Shown here: positions 10,871 to 20,403 of the stretch, in pieces | Position numbering within the stretch: position 1 is the first letter of the stretch | Layout of the letters: each line of letters opens with the position of its first letter | Assembly (NCBI GenBank): GCA_038523235.1 | Contig: JBCBJQ010000009.1 | Location: 35,950-99,949, forward strand | DNA length: 64,000 nucleotides | Direction: 5' to 3' | Source: Cyanobacteria bacterium J06626_4 | Lineage (GTDB): Bacteria; Cyanobacteriota; Cyanobacteriia; Phormidesmidales; Phormidesmidaceae | The notes under the pieces: generated by a model | What the model was told of the DNA's origin: nothing | Database searches by the model: none | What the model saw: only the letters and a program-made list of their open reading frames with translations | Position numbers and translations under genes: made by a program

Positions 10871-10896
10871 CAATCCAATTTTGGACGGTCTCCGTA
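10871..10896 (+). promoter_or_regulatory. Putative ECF promoter CAATCC-N16-CGTA driving the PEP-CTERM gene
   Basis: CAATCC aattttggacggtctc CGTA, about 75 nt upstream of ATG 10970. Confidence 0.7.
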
Positions 10897-10969
10897 TTCT
10901 CTTCTAGAAGTGACCGTCGGCCACTTCACGGGTGCTTTGCCCTAGTAATGATGCTTTTAGGAGAAATCT

Positions 10970-11650
10970 ATGAATCGATATCTAGTTCCGGGTGTGTTGG
11001 GCGCTGCTACCGTCGCGATCGTCGCGACGATGCCTCTGGCGACTCCCGTTGAGGCGGCAGAGTTTGCAGTGGACTCTGGCGTGACGCGGGTGTTTCTCGA
11101 CTTCGACGTCTTGAATCCCCTCGGCATTAGCCTGGTGACTGCCAGTGAAGATGCCCTCGCCAATGGCATGGGCGAGTTTCAGGTGGGCTTTGACATTACG
11201 GACGACACTGACTTTATGTTTGATGACGGCCTCACCGCTCCGATGGGCACGATTCGCCATACGGGCTCAGTCACCCTGGATATTGGCGGGACTGAAGTCA
11301 CCGTCGGTGATTTTGATATTGGCCTGCGCGACGGTGGCGGCATCTTTGTGCGGGATACCTTGACCACCGGAGCCATCTTGTTTGACTTTGAGCCCACCAG
11401 CTCGGCGGCAGACGAGAGTAGCCTGGCATTGAATGGTGACCTGTTGGTCTCGCCAGAGTTTAGCGGTCTCTTGAGCGAGCTGTTGGCTGATCCCACGCTG
11501 GCCCCAGCGTTAACGGGTGCTGCTGTGGGTCGGGCGCAAGTGGATGCCGATTTAGGGGGTGGGGCGGCTTCGGTGCCTGAGCCCCTCGGCCTCGTGGGCA
11601 TGATGCTGGCGGGCACCGGGGCGATCGCGTCCCGTCGCTGGCTCCGCTAA
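10970..11650 (+). CDS. PEP-CTERM sorting domain protein, secreted
   Basis: Signal peptide ending VEA-A, RBS AGGAG, C-terminal VPEP + TM + RRWLR. Confidence 0.88.
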   Translation: MNRYLVPGVLGAATVAIVATMPLATPVEAAEFAVDSGVTRVFLDFDVLNPLGISLVTASEDALANGMGEFQVGFDITDDTDFMFDDGLTAPMGTIRHTGSVTLDIGGTEVTVGDFDIGLRDGGGIFVRDTLTTGAILFDFEPTSSAADESSLALNGDLLVSPEFSGLLSELLADPTLAPALTGAAVGRAQVDADLGGGAASVPEPLGLVGMMLAGTGAIASRRWLR

Positions 11651-11668
11651 GCCCCCCCTCCGGATGCC

Positions 11669-11724
11669 CCAAAGCGGTGCGGGTAGAGATACGACTGGTC
11701 ACATTTCTACTCGCACCGCTTTGG
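11669..11724. terminator. Long stem-loop between the convergent PEP-CTERM and amylase genes
   Basis: ccaaagcggtgcgggtagaga ... tttctactcgcaccgctttgg inverted repeat. Confidence 0.6.
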
Positions 11725-11875
11725 CCACAGCATCCGCTATGGCGAGCCGCAGTTAGATTTGGACTCTTTATTAATCGCCGGATCGCTTGCGGCAAGGTTC
11801 CTCCTTGCACCCTGCACCTTTCTACCCTCTGCTATAGGTCGAGGATGGGGAATAGGAGAGCGCTGGCAGTTCGGT

Positions 11876-13414
11876 CTATCTTGGCCGCCTTTCATCGAAT
11901 CGATGAAAGGCAATCGCATCCATCGGGGCGATCGTCGCGGCAAACTGGCCGTTCTCATCCACCGTAATCACGCGATCACAGCGGCTGTCCGAGGCGGCAG
12001 CACTGATGGCCTCGCAGTATTGGCCCGCCGGTAGCTGGGTTTGAAAAGTGCGCGTTAGGGCGGTATCTTCTCGGTTGATCACCACAAAGCCGCGATCGCC
12101 GCGCCCAAAGGCAATTTGGTTAGCCCCGTTACTCCACCAGTCAGTAATGGTAGGGACCGCTTCGGTCACGGCGCGAAACGTTACCATGGCCGCCACGGCC
12201 GGTTGACGATGCTCACACACCCAGGCATCGCCACAGCCCAGCTCATCCGGCTGAAACACGGTCAGTGTGCGACCAGCAGCGGTCGCCGGGGGGCCTTGCT
12301 CAGAGGTCTCAAAGGCATAGCTCGACATAATGCGGGGCTGGCCGTAGGGGTAAGCCAGCATAAACACCATCGCTAACGTGTGCAGCTGACCGTCATGGTA
12401 AGTCAGGTAGTTGCCGCCGCCGCCGTGTCCCCGCTGTTTATCATGATTATCAATAAACACCACGGCCTGTTGACTCGGCACCAGCGGCACGGTGATTTCT
12501 AGGGTGTTCAGATCCGCCAGCGTGCGATCGCCCACATTCAAAAATGACTCCCCCACCAGTCGGCCATATTCAAACTCAATCACATCGCCCAGACCGTAGT
12601 AGTCAACCTTGCTAATGGCTTCGGTGCCCGGATCAATCACCTCAAGATAGATAAACGGATCCACCTCGACGCGATCGCGCAGCTGCGCCAAAATGGCCGC
12701 CAGGTCATCACTCCGCATATGCTTAGCCGCATCAACGCGAAATCCGGTAATGCCTAAGCTCGCCAGATCCGCCAGGTAATTGGCCAGCTGCGCTTGCACC
12801 CGGGGAGACGCGGTATTCAAATCAGGCAAGCTGACCAACTCACATTGCGTCACCTGATCCGCATCTTGATAATTAGTAATCGCTTGCCGACAGGCATTGA
12901 AATCTTCCGGCTGGTAGAGCCCCGGATAGCGGTAGCGGTCAAACTTGGTGCCCGCCGAACCCGGTACGTCATCGATCGCCGCCATGTGGTTGATCACCGC
13001 ATCGGCATAGATTTCGACCCCCACGGCGCGACAGCGCTGCACCATGTCAATCAGCTGAGCGCGATCGCCACTGCGACTGACCAACTGATAGCTCACGGGC
13101 TGATAGCGTTGCCACCAGGGGAAACCATAGTCAGGGGTCACAATGTGCTCTTGCGGCGGCGAAATTTGCACAGCGCGATAGCCCTGTGGCGCCAAAAAGG
13201 TTTCGCACTCTTGAGCGATATCCGGCCAAGTCCATTCAAATAAATGAACGATCACCTCAGTTTCTGGCGCCGCCGCGTGGGTGATCACTGCTGCGCGATC
13301 AGCCTCGGCCTGCAGAGGTCGAACCATGAGCCAACACACTCCAGCCATGGCTACACCCGCTGCGATGCCCCAATAGCCAGCGCCTTTGTCCCCAATGTTT
13401 GATCGCCAATGCAT
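11876..13414 (-). CDS. Secreted alpha-amylase, GH13 (animal/Alteromonas-like type)
   Basis: VHLFEW, WWQRYQPVSY, DAVINH, GFRVDAAKHM, EVID, FIDNHD, C-terminal Aamy_C; start uncertain (13349-13465). Confidence 0.93.
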   Translation of the reverse strand: MHWRSNIGDKGAGYWGIAAGVAMAGVCWLMVRPLQAEADRAAVITHAAAPETEVIVHLFEWTWPDIAQECETFLAPQGYRAVQISPPQEHIVTPDYGFPWWQRYQPVSYQLVSRSGDRAQLIDMVQRCRAVGVEIYADAVINHMAAIDDVPGSAGTKFDRYRYPGLYQPEDFNACRQAITNYQDADQVTQCELVSLPDLNTASPRVQAQLANYLADLASLGITGFRVDAAKHMRSDDLAAILAQLRDRVEVDPFIYLEVIDPGTEAISKVDYYGLGDVIEFEYGRLVGESFLNVGDRTLADLNTLEITVPLVPSQQAVVFIDNHDKQRGHGGGGNYLTYHDGQLHTLAMVFMLAYPYGQPRIMSSYAFETSEQGPPATAAGRTLTVFQPDELGCGDAWVCEHRQPAVAAMVTFRAVTEAVPTITDWWSNGANQIAFGRGDRGFVVINREDTALTRTFQTQLPAGQYCEAISAAASDSRCDRVITVDENGQFAATIAPMDAIAFHRFDERRPR

Positions 13415-13534
13415 AGGACTGTCTCCAACCACCCCAACCCTGTTATGAAAGTGCCCGAAAGGCACTCATTTTTTGACTGCTTAATGTCGATATCGCTGTC
13501 GCGATCGCTCCCCGTTGGTCTTCAGGCCCACCCG

Positions 13535-14056
13535 TCAAAGGTGCTGACATCGTTCTAGGCGCAGCATCAGGGCATCAAATAAACCCGGATCGCCAAAACC
13601 AGCTCCGCGCCCGGTGCCCCAGCCACCCACCAGCAACGACTGTGGCCAAGGCATTTCCCAAAACCACAAAGCCGGTAAGTGGCCACGGGGAGCATCAAGC
13701 GAAAACGTCAGGCGATCATAAAACTTGAAAAACCGAAACGGTCGCGATAGCGGCAACGTCCAGCCCGCCTGGGCGCTAAAGGCAAACGCGGAGCGGCCCA
13801 CCTCTTCGCGATAAATCTTGAGCTGTGTGCTGAAGCCAAACCGCTGACTACTGTACAACAACCAGCGCTGATCAAGCTGATGCAGCAGCTCACAGGGAAA
13901 CTGCGCGATCGCAGGCCGCTCTAACCAGCCGGCTTCCTGTCGCTGCACACCGTTGAGCATGATTTCTAGCGTCACGGCATCAGCCGTCAGCCAATCTTCC
14001 TGCCGCAGCAACGCATCCAGCTCAGTTAAGCCCGTCGCCAGTTCAGCGCTCAGCAT
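13535..14056 (-). CDS. GUN4 domain protein (stand-alone)
   Basis: W..AD..T, FPC..L..LDQRWLLYS..RFGFS.Q, FSLDAPRGHLP. Confidence 0.88.
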   Translation of the reverse strand: MLSAELATGLTELDALLRQEDWLTADAVTLEIMLNGVQRQEAGWLERPAIAQFPCELLHQLDQRWLLYSSQRFGFSTQLKIYREEVGRSAFAFSAQAGWTLPLSRPFRFFKFYDRLTFSLDAPRGHLPALWFWEMPWPQSLLVGGWGTGRGAGFGDPGLFDALMLRLERCQHL

Positions 14057-15554
14057 CCATGACTCCTTCTCGCACTTCCGTCACCCGCTGCGATCGCAAC
14101 TTAGGCCAACATTTCTCAATCACATCGTGAAAGATGCGCTCAACGACGGCTTCGTCTAGGGCGTATTCGCCCTCTAGAGTGGTCGCGCCCCAGCGCCAGG
14201 TGGGCAGGTGCCCGATTGGGGCTTCGAGGGTAAATTGCAGATCACGATAGGCCTTACGCAGGGTCAAGACATCCACTCCGCCGATGCTGAGCGCCGATTT
14301 CCAGCCGATGGCGGCCAAAAAATCGCCCCCCTGAACAGTCTGCTGCACAAAGACCCGATGTTGGGCAATAAACCCAAAGCGGCCCCGACTATAGCGTGAC
14401 CACAGCGCATCCAGGGTTTGCAAGTCAACGCAGTGAAATTTCGCCAAGGTACTAGCGTTGATGGGTTGCATATCCCGACTCACGGCTGACAAAATGAGCC
14501 GCTCCGTTTCTTGGTCAGCGGCTTCCCATTGCGTTTTCCAGAGTAAATCCCGTAATCGATGATATTTGAGCTGCATGGCCGAATCGATGGGGCCATACTG
14601 CTGGTCGGTCACCTCGCGCTCAATGGCGCGAACCACTTCGGGGTCGAGCTGCCAGTCGGCGCAGGCTTGCTTTAAGCGACCGCGATCAAAGTCGGTCGGA
14701 TATGGCGTATGGGCGATCGCCGCCGCGTATTCCTGGCGATAAAGCTCGGCATACTCTTGCCGCACGACCACCTGTTGTTGGGTCACCTCGGCCTGGCGTT
14801 GCGTTTCCTGTTGCGCTCGGGCGGCCTTTTCTTGCTCCTGCAGATGGGTAGCTTCGGCTTTGATGCGCGCAATATATTCTTGATTGATCGGCTCCACATC
14901 AGCCTGCGATAGGCCTAAGACCTGATAAAGGCGGCGCAGTTCGAGGTGAGTGGTGTTGTCAAGGGGAATCGGCTGACGCTCGATTTCGGCACTGAGCACC
15001 TCACGGTATTTGTCGAGCTTGGCCTGGCGATCGCCATAGGGGCCTAGCGCTTTCTGGATGATCGTCTCCATCGCTTCAGGGGGGAACTCCAGGTCATGTC
15101 GCAACAACTCGAGATTGGCTCGCTCCACCGGCGTAATTTCGCCCCCGCGCTGAGCGTAAAGGTGCGCCCGCGCCTGCAAGAGTGTTGGTGCCGGCAAAAT
15201 CGCTCGGAGCGCCGGAATCATGGCTAATAGCTGTTCTGGCGAATCGGTTTGGGTTTGCACCCGCAGGCGATCAACCGTGCAAGTGAGGCGGATTTCGACG
15301 GGGGTCACCGCTAGGCGCTCGCTCATATCTTTGACCCAGGTGACCATCTGGTCGGGCTCGGCCAAATGCACCTGTAGCCCCCAGCGCGCCACCGCCGGCT
15401 CAGTCTGCGGTAGGGCAGTGATGGTAGCCCGAGGGGTGATCTCTAGCTGCATCAGATCATCCCAAAACTTTTGCACGATGCGATCGCGATCGTCGTCGGT
15501 CAAGGTCGCATCGACGATTTGCAAGACCACCGTGGCCGATTCGAGACTCTCCAC
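14043..15554 (-). CDS. Multidomain protein with helical repeats and C-terminal GUN4 domain
   Basis: Y..LRDLL...WEAADQET, LDALWSRYSRGRFGF..Q, FTLEAPIGHLP. Confidence 0.85.
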   Translation of the reverse strand: MESLESATVVLQIVDATLTDDDRDRIVQKFWDDLMQLEITPRATITALPQTEPAVARWGLQVHLAEPDQMVTWVKDMSERLAVTPVEIRLTCTVDRLRVQTQTDSPEQLLAMIPALRAILPAPTLLQARAHLYAQRGGEITPVERANLELLRHDLEFPPEAMETIIQKALGPYGDRQAKLDKYREVLSAEIERQPIPLDNTTHLELRRLYQVLGLSQADVEPINQEYIARIKAEATHLQEQEKAARAQQETQRQAEVTQQQVVVRQEYAELYRQEYAAAIAHTPYPTDFDRGRLKQACADWQLDPEVVRAIEREVTDQQYGPIDSAMQLKYHRLRDLLWKTQWEAADQETERLILSAVSRDMQPINASTLAKFHCVDLQTLDALWSRYSRGRFGFIAQHRVFVQQTVQGGDFLAAIGWKSALSIGGVDVLTLRKAYRDLQFTLEAPIGHLPTWRWGATTLEGEYALDEAVVERIFHDVIEKCWPKLRSQRVTEVREGVMDAER

Positions 15555-15821
15555 CCTGGAAAAACGCTCCTCAATATTGACCGACGTCCCGCCCGATGCC
15601 AGGACTGCGATTAAGGATATAGCAGAATTCGGAATGCGGCCGTCGGAATTGGGAATTGAAAGGCTTATCAGCTCACCCTTTCAGCCATCCTGAGTAATTT
15701 GCTCACCAGGCCGCTGGGGCGCGTGCTCAAAACTCCCGACTCAGACCCTGCGGCTAAGCCTGCTGAGGGCAGCCCAGCGATCGCGGATTCGCATCAGACC
15801 CAACCAGCCGAGTCTGCTGGC

Positions 15822-16160
15822 TCAAAACGGGCTGCGTCGAGTAGTCATCATCTTGTAACCGGCGCTCATCGAAGCAAAGGCTAGAAAAAACTGCCAAAGG
15901 CTGGTCGGGTTCAAAATGGCCCGGCTACTGACAAAGACGCAAACGACACCAAATCCGACGGCAATCCAGCCGAGTGTTTTGGCATCGCCGTTGAGGAAAA
16001 TGGCCATCACAATGCCGATGCACAAGGAAATCACGGAAAGGTCAGCAGCAATGCCGCGCCACCAGGGATAGGCATGGGTAGTGAAGATAACATTTTGGCC
16101 TAAGAAACAGATGCCCAACAGCATCAAGGCTAGACCCGCGATGAAATAAAGGGCTCGCAT
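15822..16160 (-). CDS. Hypothetical 4-TM membrane protein
   Basis: Hydrophobic 112-aa ORF with RBS GAGGA. Confidence 0.75.
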   Translation of the reverse strand: MRALYFIAGLALMLLGICFLGQNVIFTTHAYPWWRGIAADLSVISLCIGIVMAIFLNGDAKTLGWIAVGFGVVCVFVSSRAILNPTSLWQFFLAFASMSAGYKMMTTRRSPF

Positions 16161-16224
16161 CGTTCAATTCCTCAAATGTGGATTTTGGATACAGATTCAG
16201 GGGGTTAACCGTCGGAGATCGCGC

Positions 16225-16821
16225 TCACTCACTTGAACTCACTGGGTCAGTGCGGCTCAGCGCCCTCGCGATCAACCAGGGAACACCGAGGCCCAAAGCC
16301 ACATGGATCAGCAGCCACAGTAACGAAGTTCCACCGCTGAATCCGTGGATGTAGAAGCCTCTGCGAGTAGAAGACAATAGTGCATCCCAGATGAGGTGAG
16401 CGCTCATACCTACAGACAGGCCGATCGCGCCATCACGTAGCGTACTGAGTCCAGCGCGTTGCCAACGAGGCACCCCTGGTCGGCGACTCAGCCATAACCA
16501 TAGGCCCAGCAGCAGCAGGGGAATCAGCACAGAATGAAAAGACCAGCTGCGATGGATGAGAAACCGGAATCGGGTCAATTTATAGAGGGGCAGATCCCAG
16601 TCGGGCACCGCCATATAAAAGGCAGTATGGCTAAGTAGCGGGATACCCAACTTGCGAAACAGAAACAAGCCGCTGGCTCCCCACACCAGCATGAGGAGAA
16701 ACACCAGCGGATTAATTACCCGCGCCGCTGATCGGTGATAGCGCTCTAAACCGGTCCAAAACATGACGCCGACGCCAAGTCCAATCGCGAAATGCAGCAG
16801 TTTGTCTAACAGCGAACTCAT
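16225..16821 (-). CDS. Hypothetical membrane protein with His/Asp motifs, possibly metal-binding
   Basis: TM helices with DKLLHF, PDWD, HRSWSFHS, HLIWD; start moved to ATG 16821. Confidence 0.7.
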   Translation of the reverse strand: MSSLLDKLLHFAIGLGVGVMFWTGLERYHRSAARVINPLVFLLMLVWGASGLFLFRKLGIPLLSHTAFYMAVPDWDLPLYKLTRFRFLIHRSWSFHSVLIPLLLLGLWLWLSRRPGVPRWQRAGLSTLRDGAIGLSVGMSAHLIWDALLSSTRRGFYIHGFSGGTSLLWLLIHVALGLGVPWLIARALSRTDPVSSSE

Positions 16822-17229
16822 GGCAACCGTCGCAGTCTTGAAGACTGTGCTGCAAGAGAGAGTTGTGCCTTTAACTTGCCCGATTTCTGGTGAGAAAGCA
16901 CCTGACTCACTGTCCCGGTCTGGCACGGTGATGAGTCGCGATCGCGGCCAATCGTTCATGACGCCGCGGCGACACCCCCAAAGGAATAAAAAGGGGGCGT
17001 CAGCCCCCGATTTCTTCGTGATGACTCGTCAGGGGCTAATTCTCCGATGGAAACCGGGGGGCTTTGCGCTATTTTCAGAGCAATTCGCTGAATTTGGACT
17101 ACCTATCAAAACAGTGTGTGGCCCCTTCGACAAGGGGGCAGCGACAGCAGAGGACACTAAATTGGTAGCGCTACTTTGCAGAACTGGTATCAATCAAGGG
17201 GCAGCAGAATCCAAGACAGCTGTGTATCT

Positions 17230-17405
17230 TAACGTCAGTTCGGGTTAAGGCAAAACCTGTTACTTTCCCCTTCTGGGAGGGGCTGATGGGGTGGGTTCAA
17301 GCCATCGGAGAAATCCACTCCGCCCTGCGGACACCCCTCCCAGGAGGGATTTAGCCCTCAAACTACCCGCAGATCCCTTGTCAGTCTTATCCCGAACTCA
17401 GGTTA
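17230..17405. mobile_element. MITE-like dispersed repeat, copy 1
   Basis: Imperfect TIRs taacgtcagttcgggttaag / cttatcccgaactcaggtta with internal ccccttctgggagggg-type hairpins; similar copy at 58494-58680. Confidence 0.7.
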
Positions 17406-17588
17406 AAAGACCTGCGTAGTGAAATCTTTCGATTGCCGCTCTGTGAGATCGCGATCAATTGATACAACCGTTAGCAATCCTTTCAAAGGCGGCTTGCATC
17501 ATATTCTCGGGACAGCAGTGCTTTCTATCTGGGTTTGACAGTGCAAAGCCTAGTATCGTGCACTTCATTATTTGAGTAGCCCTTGAGC

Positions 17589-17825
17589 CTAGATAACTTC
17601 TAGCTCATGATCTCTCATGTGCGCTTTGAAAGGTCGCTTGGCACCTTCAACTTTAAACGACACCACGAAAGGAAAATTAGCACTGATCGGGCGACCTCGC
17701 CATTCTTGCAATACCGCAGTGATTTCGCCTTCCATACCTTTCGCTTCAAACGCGACACCGCGATGCAGGGGATGGTGGTAAAAAATAACCGAATCTTTAA
17801 TGCGAACGCGATCGCCAACCTGCAT
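17589..17825 (-). CDS. ftrV: Ferredoxin-thioredoxin reductase variable subunit
   Basis: MQVGDRVRIKDSVIFYHHP...GRPISANFP...FKAHMRDHELE. Confidence 0.92.
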   Translation of the reverse strand: MQVGDRVRIKDSVIFYHHPLHRGVAFEAKGMEGEITAVLQEWRGRPISANFPFVVSFKVEGAKRPFKAHMRDHELEVI

Positions 17826-17984
17826 TGCTAACCTATCCTCCTATCAACTGTCGGTCGCGGCCCTTTGCCAACCAAGCGACACGGCGATTTTACAGCTTTA
17901 CCATCTTGACACAGGTTGTTACACAAACTACCAATTCGTAGCCTAAGTTCTGTGACGGTTTGAGCACATTTCCCCAATGGTCCA

Positions 17985-18029
17985 AGGCTCACGAGTGCAG
18001 TAGATTCGGCTTACTGCACTCGTGAGCCT
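17985..18029. terminator. Perfect 18-bp stem-loop downstream of the EF-G paralog
   Basis: aggctcacgagtgcagta-N9-tactgcactcgtgagcct; no U-tract. Confidence 0.55.
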
Positions 18030-18104
18030 AAGGTGGGTCTACGTCTTCCCCAATTGCCGCTGTCGCTCAAGCCAGAAGGGACTCGCTGGCGATATCAGCC
18101 CACA

Positions 18105-20135
18105 TTAATCGCCATGAGTTTTAGCCAGCAGGCGATCGCGCAGGCCATCGGGCACTGGATCTAGATGATCGTATTGCCAACGGAAGGTACCGACGCCCAT
18201 AGACAGCGATCGCAGTTCTAAGATCAGCGTCTGCATTTCCGACTCCGGCAGGTAGGCTGTCACCACATCCCAGCCGCGCCAATCGGTCTTGGCCTCGTAG
18301 CCCAAGATCTGCCCGCGATGGGTGCCAATCAGCCGCAGCACGTTGGCCGTAAAGCTATTGGGCACAGAGATTTCCACCGAGTCCACCGGTTCGAGCAACA
18401 CCGGCTCACACTGCGGCAAGCCTTCCTGCATCGCCAGCCGCGCCGCCTGCTTAAAGGCCTGATCAGAGCTATCCACCGCGTGGTAAGAGCCGTGCGTCAG
18501 CGTTACCGCCACATCCACCACCGGAAAGCCCAACGGCCCTTGCACCAGAGATTCGCGCACGCCCGTTTCAACACTGGGAATGTATTGACGCGGCACCACA
18601 CCGCCGACAATTTTTTGGTCAAAGCTAAAGCCGGCGCCGCGAGCCAAGGGGCGTACCTCTAAAAACACATCGCCAAATTGACCGTGTCCGCCCGTTTGGT
18701 GCTTATAGCGCCCCCGCAGTTCCTGCGCAGGCTTACGAATGGTTTCTTTATAGGGCACCTGGGGCAGATGAGTAGTCATCGGCAAGCCATACTTGCGGCG
18801 CAGCCGGTCTAACGCCAGCTTAAGATGCACCTCCCCTTGGCCCCACAGAATCACCTCATGGGTATCGCCATGCTGTTCCCACCGTAGCGAGGGATCTTCG
18901 TCCTTTAGTTTGTTCAAGGCCTCAGTCAGCTTCACTTCATCGCTGCGGTGCTCGGGCACGATCGCCAGCGCATACACCGGCTCTAACCGCTCAGCCGTCG
19001 GCAGCGTGACGCTCAGCGTCGCCTGTGGCGTGAGGGTGTCACCAGTTTGCGCCTGGGTCAGCCGGGCCACGGCCACAATGTCACCCGCCTCGGCCCGTGA
19101 GAGGCTGGTGGTCTGTTGGCCCATCAGGCGATAAAGCCCACCCATGCGATCGCCCTGCAAACTGTCACCATCGGCCAAGCTGCCTTGCCAAACTCGCACC
19201 AGCGATAGCTTGCCGCCCTGCGGGGTATAAAACGTTTTGAGCACCTGGGCCAGCGCCCCGTCAGCGGTCTCCTCTAAGCCGCGTTTTTCCGCAGTGACGG
19301 CGGCGGCGGGCGCTTCTTTGACCAGCGCCTGCCAGAGCGGCCGCGTCCCAAAGTCGGCAGGGGCGATGCCAAACAACACCGGGACGATCAGATCCGCGCC
19401 GAGGTCTTGTTTCAAATCGCCCACGATTTCTGCTTGGGGTGGGTCGATGTCCTCTAACAGCTCCTCCAACAAGTGATCGTCAAAATCAGCTAGGGCCTCC
19501 AGCATTTCTTCGCGAGCGGCCTGCTCCTGCGCTTTGAGTTCTGCGGGTATGGGCACTGCATCGGCCGGTGCACCTGGGTGATAGTGATAGGCCTGTTCCG
19601 TAATTAGGTCGATAAAGCCCACCAAATTCTGATCTTCTCGAATGGGATATTGCTGCGGCAAAATCGGTCGAGTTGAAACAGTTTTTAACGTTTCTAATAC
19701 TTCTTGAAAAGAGGCAGCTGCCCGATCCATCTTATTAATCCAGATCAGATGCGGAATCTCCCAACTGTCTAGAAACTGCAGCAGCGGCGCTAACGTTAGC
19801 ACCCGATGAGGGTCAGCTTCACACACCACGATCGCGGCATCCACCCCCATCAGAGCATTGTCCGTTTCGAGCTGCAGCTCCACTGAGCCCGGACAATCCA
19901 GAAAGTTAAAACAAATGCCGCCATACTCAGCAGTGGCGGCATTTAACTCAACGGTCATGGTGCGATCGCGGGCTTCTGGCGTGGCATCCCCCAGCGTCGA
20001 ACCCTCCTCAACATTCCCTTTGCGGGTAATGGTTTGACTGACGTAGAGTAAGCTTTCCAGCAACGTCGTCTTACCACTAGAGTAGGGACCCACAATGGCA
20101 ACATTGCGCGGTCCCGGGCCTTCTTTCTGAGTCAT
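18105..20135 (-). CDS. fusA: Elongation factor G-like protein (EF-G2 paralog)
   Basis: GPYSSGKTT, DCPG, NKMD, GQGEVHL, KHQTGGHGQFGDV, GSYHAVDSSD; start moved to ATG 20135. Confidence 0.9.
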   Translation of the reverse strand: MTQKEGPGPRNVAIVGPYSSGKTTLLESLLYVSQTITRKGNVEEGSTLGDATPEARDRTMTVELNAATAEYGGICFNFLDCPGSVELQLETDNALMGVDAAIVVCEADPHRVLTLAPLLQFLDSWEIPHLIWINKMDRAAASFQEVLETLKTVSTRPILPQQYPIREDQNLVGFIDLITEQAYHYHPGAPADAVPIPAELKAQEQAAREEMLEALADFDDHLLEELLEDIDPPQAEIVGDLKQDLGADLIVPVLFGIAPADFGTRPLWQALVKEAPAAAVTAEKRGLEETADGALAQVLKTFYTPQGGKLSLVRVWQGSLADGDSLQGDRMGGLYRLMGQQTTSLSRAEAGDIVAVARLTQAQTGDTLTPQATLSVTLPTAERLEPVYALAIVPEHRSDEVKLTEALNKLKDEDPSLRWEQHGDTHEVILWGQGEVHLKLALDRLRRKYGLPMTTHLPQVPYKETIRKPAQELRGRYKHQTGGHGQFGDVFLEVRPLARGAGFSFDQKIVGGVVPRQYIPSVETGVRESLVQGPLGFPVVDVAVTLTHGSYHAVDSSDQAFKQAARLAMQEGLPQCEPVLLEPVDSVEISVPNSFTANVLRLIGTHRGQILGYEAKTDWRGWDVVTAYLPESEMQTLILELRSLSMGVGTFRWQYDHLDPVPDGLRDRLLAKTHGD

Positions 20136-20403
20136 AATTTCCCCTTTCCCTGCGGGTGAAACGGTTTTACCCAAAAGCCCTGTAGCGAAGGGTGCTGTTT
20201 GGGTATCTTAAGCCAGTTGTGGCGCTGGCCTTAGCCCTACAATAACCCTTCCATAAACTGTGAGATTTCTTTGTTGAAGAAAATTCATTAAGCCCCAATT
20301 CCCCAGGAAATATAGAGAATCATCAATCATTTTTCACCAATTACTTGATGTATTCATTCAGCGCATTCACGCGCTATTCGCCCTCAGGAAAAATAAATTT
20401 CTA

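Noticed and set aside
17005..17040. Minus-strand CTGACGAG...GAAG resembling a hammerhead ribozyme core
   Set aside because: Stem II is only 2 bp, GAAA is not correctly placed, and stems I and III are not evident
16763..17248. 161-aa plus-strand ORF
   Set aside because: Antisense to a membrane gene, runs through hairpins into a MITE, and has no domain signal
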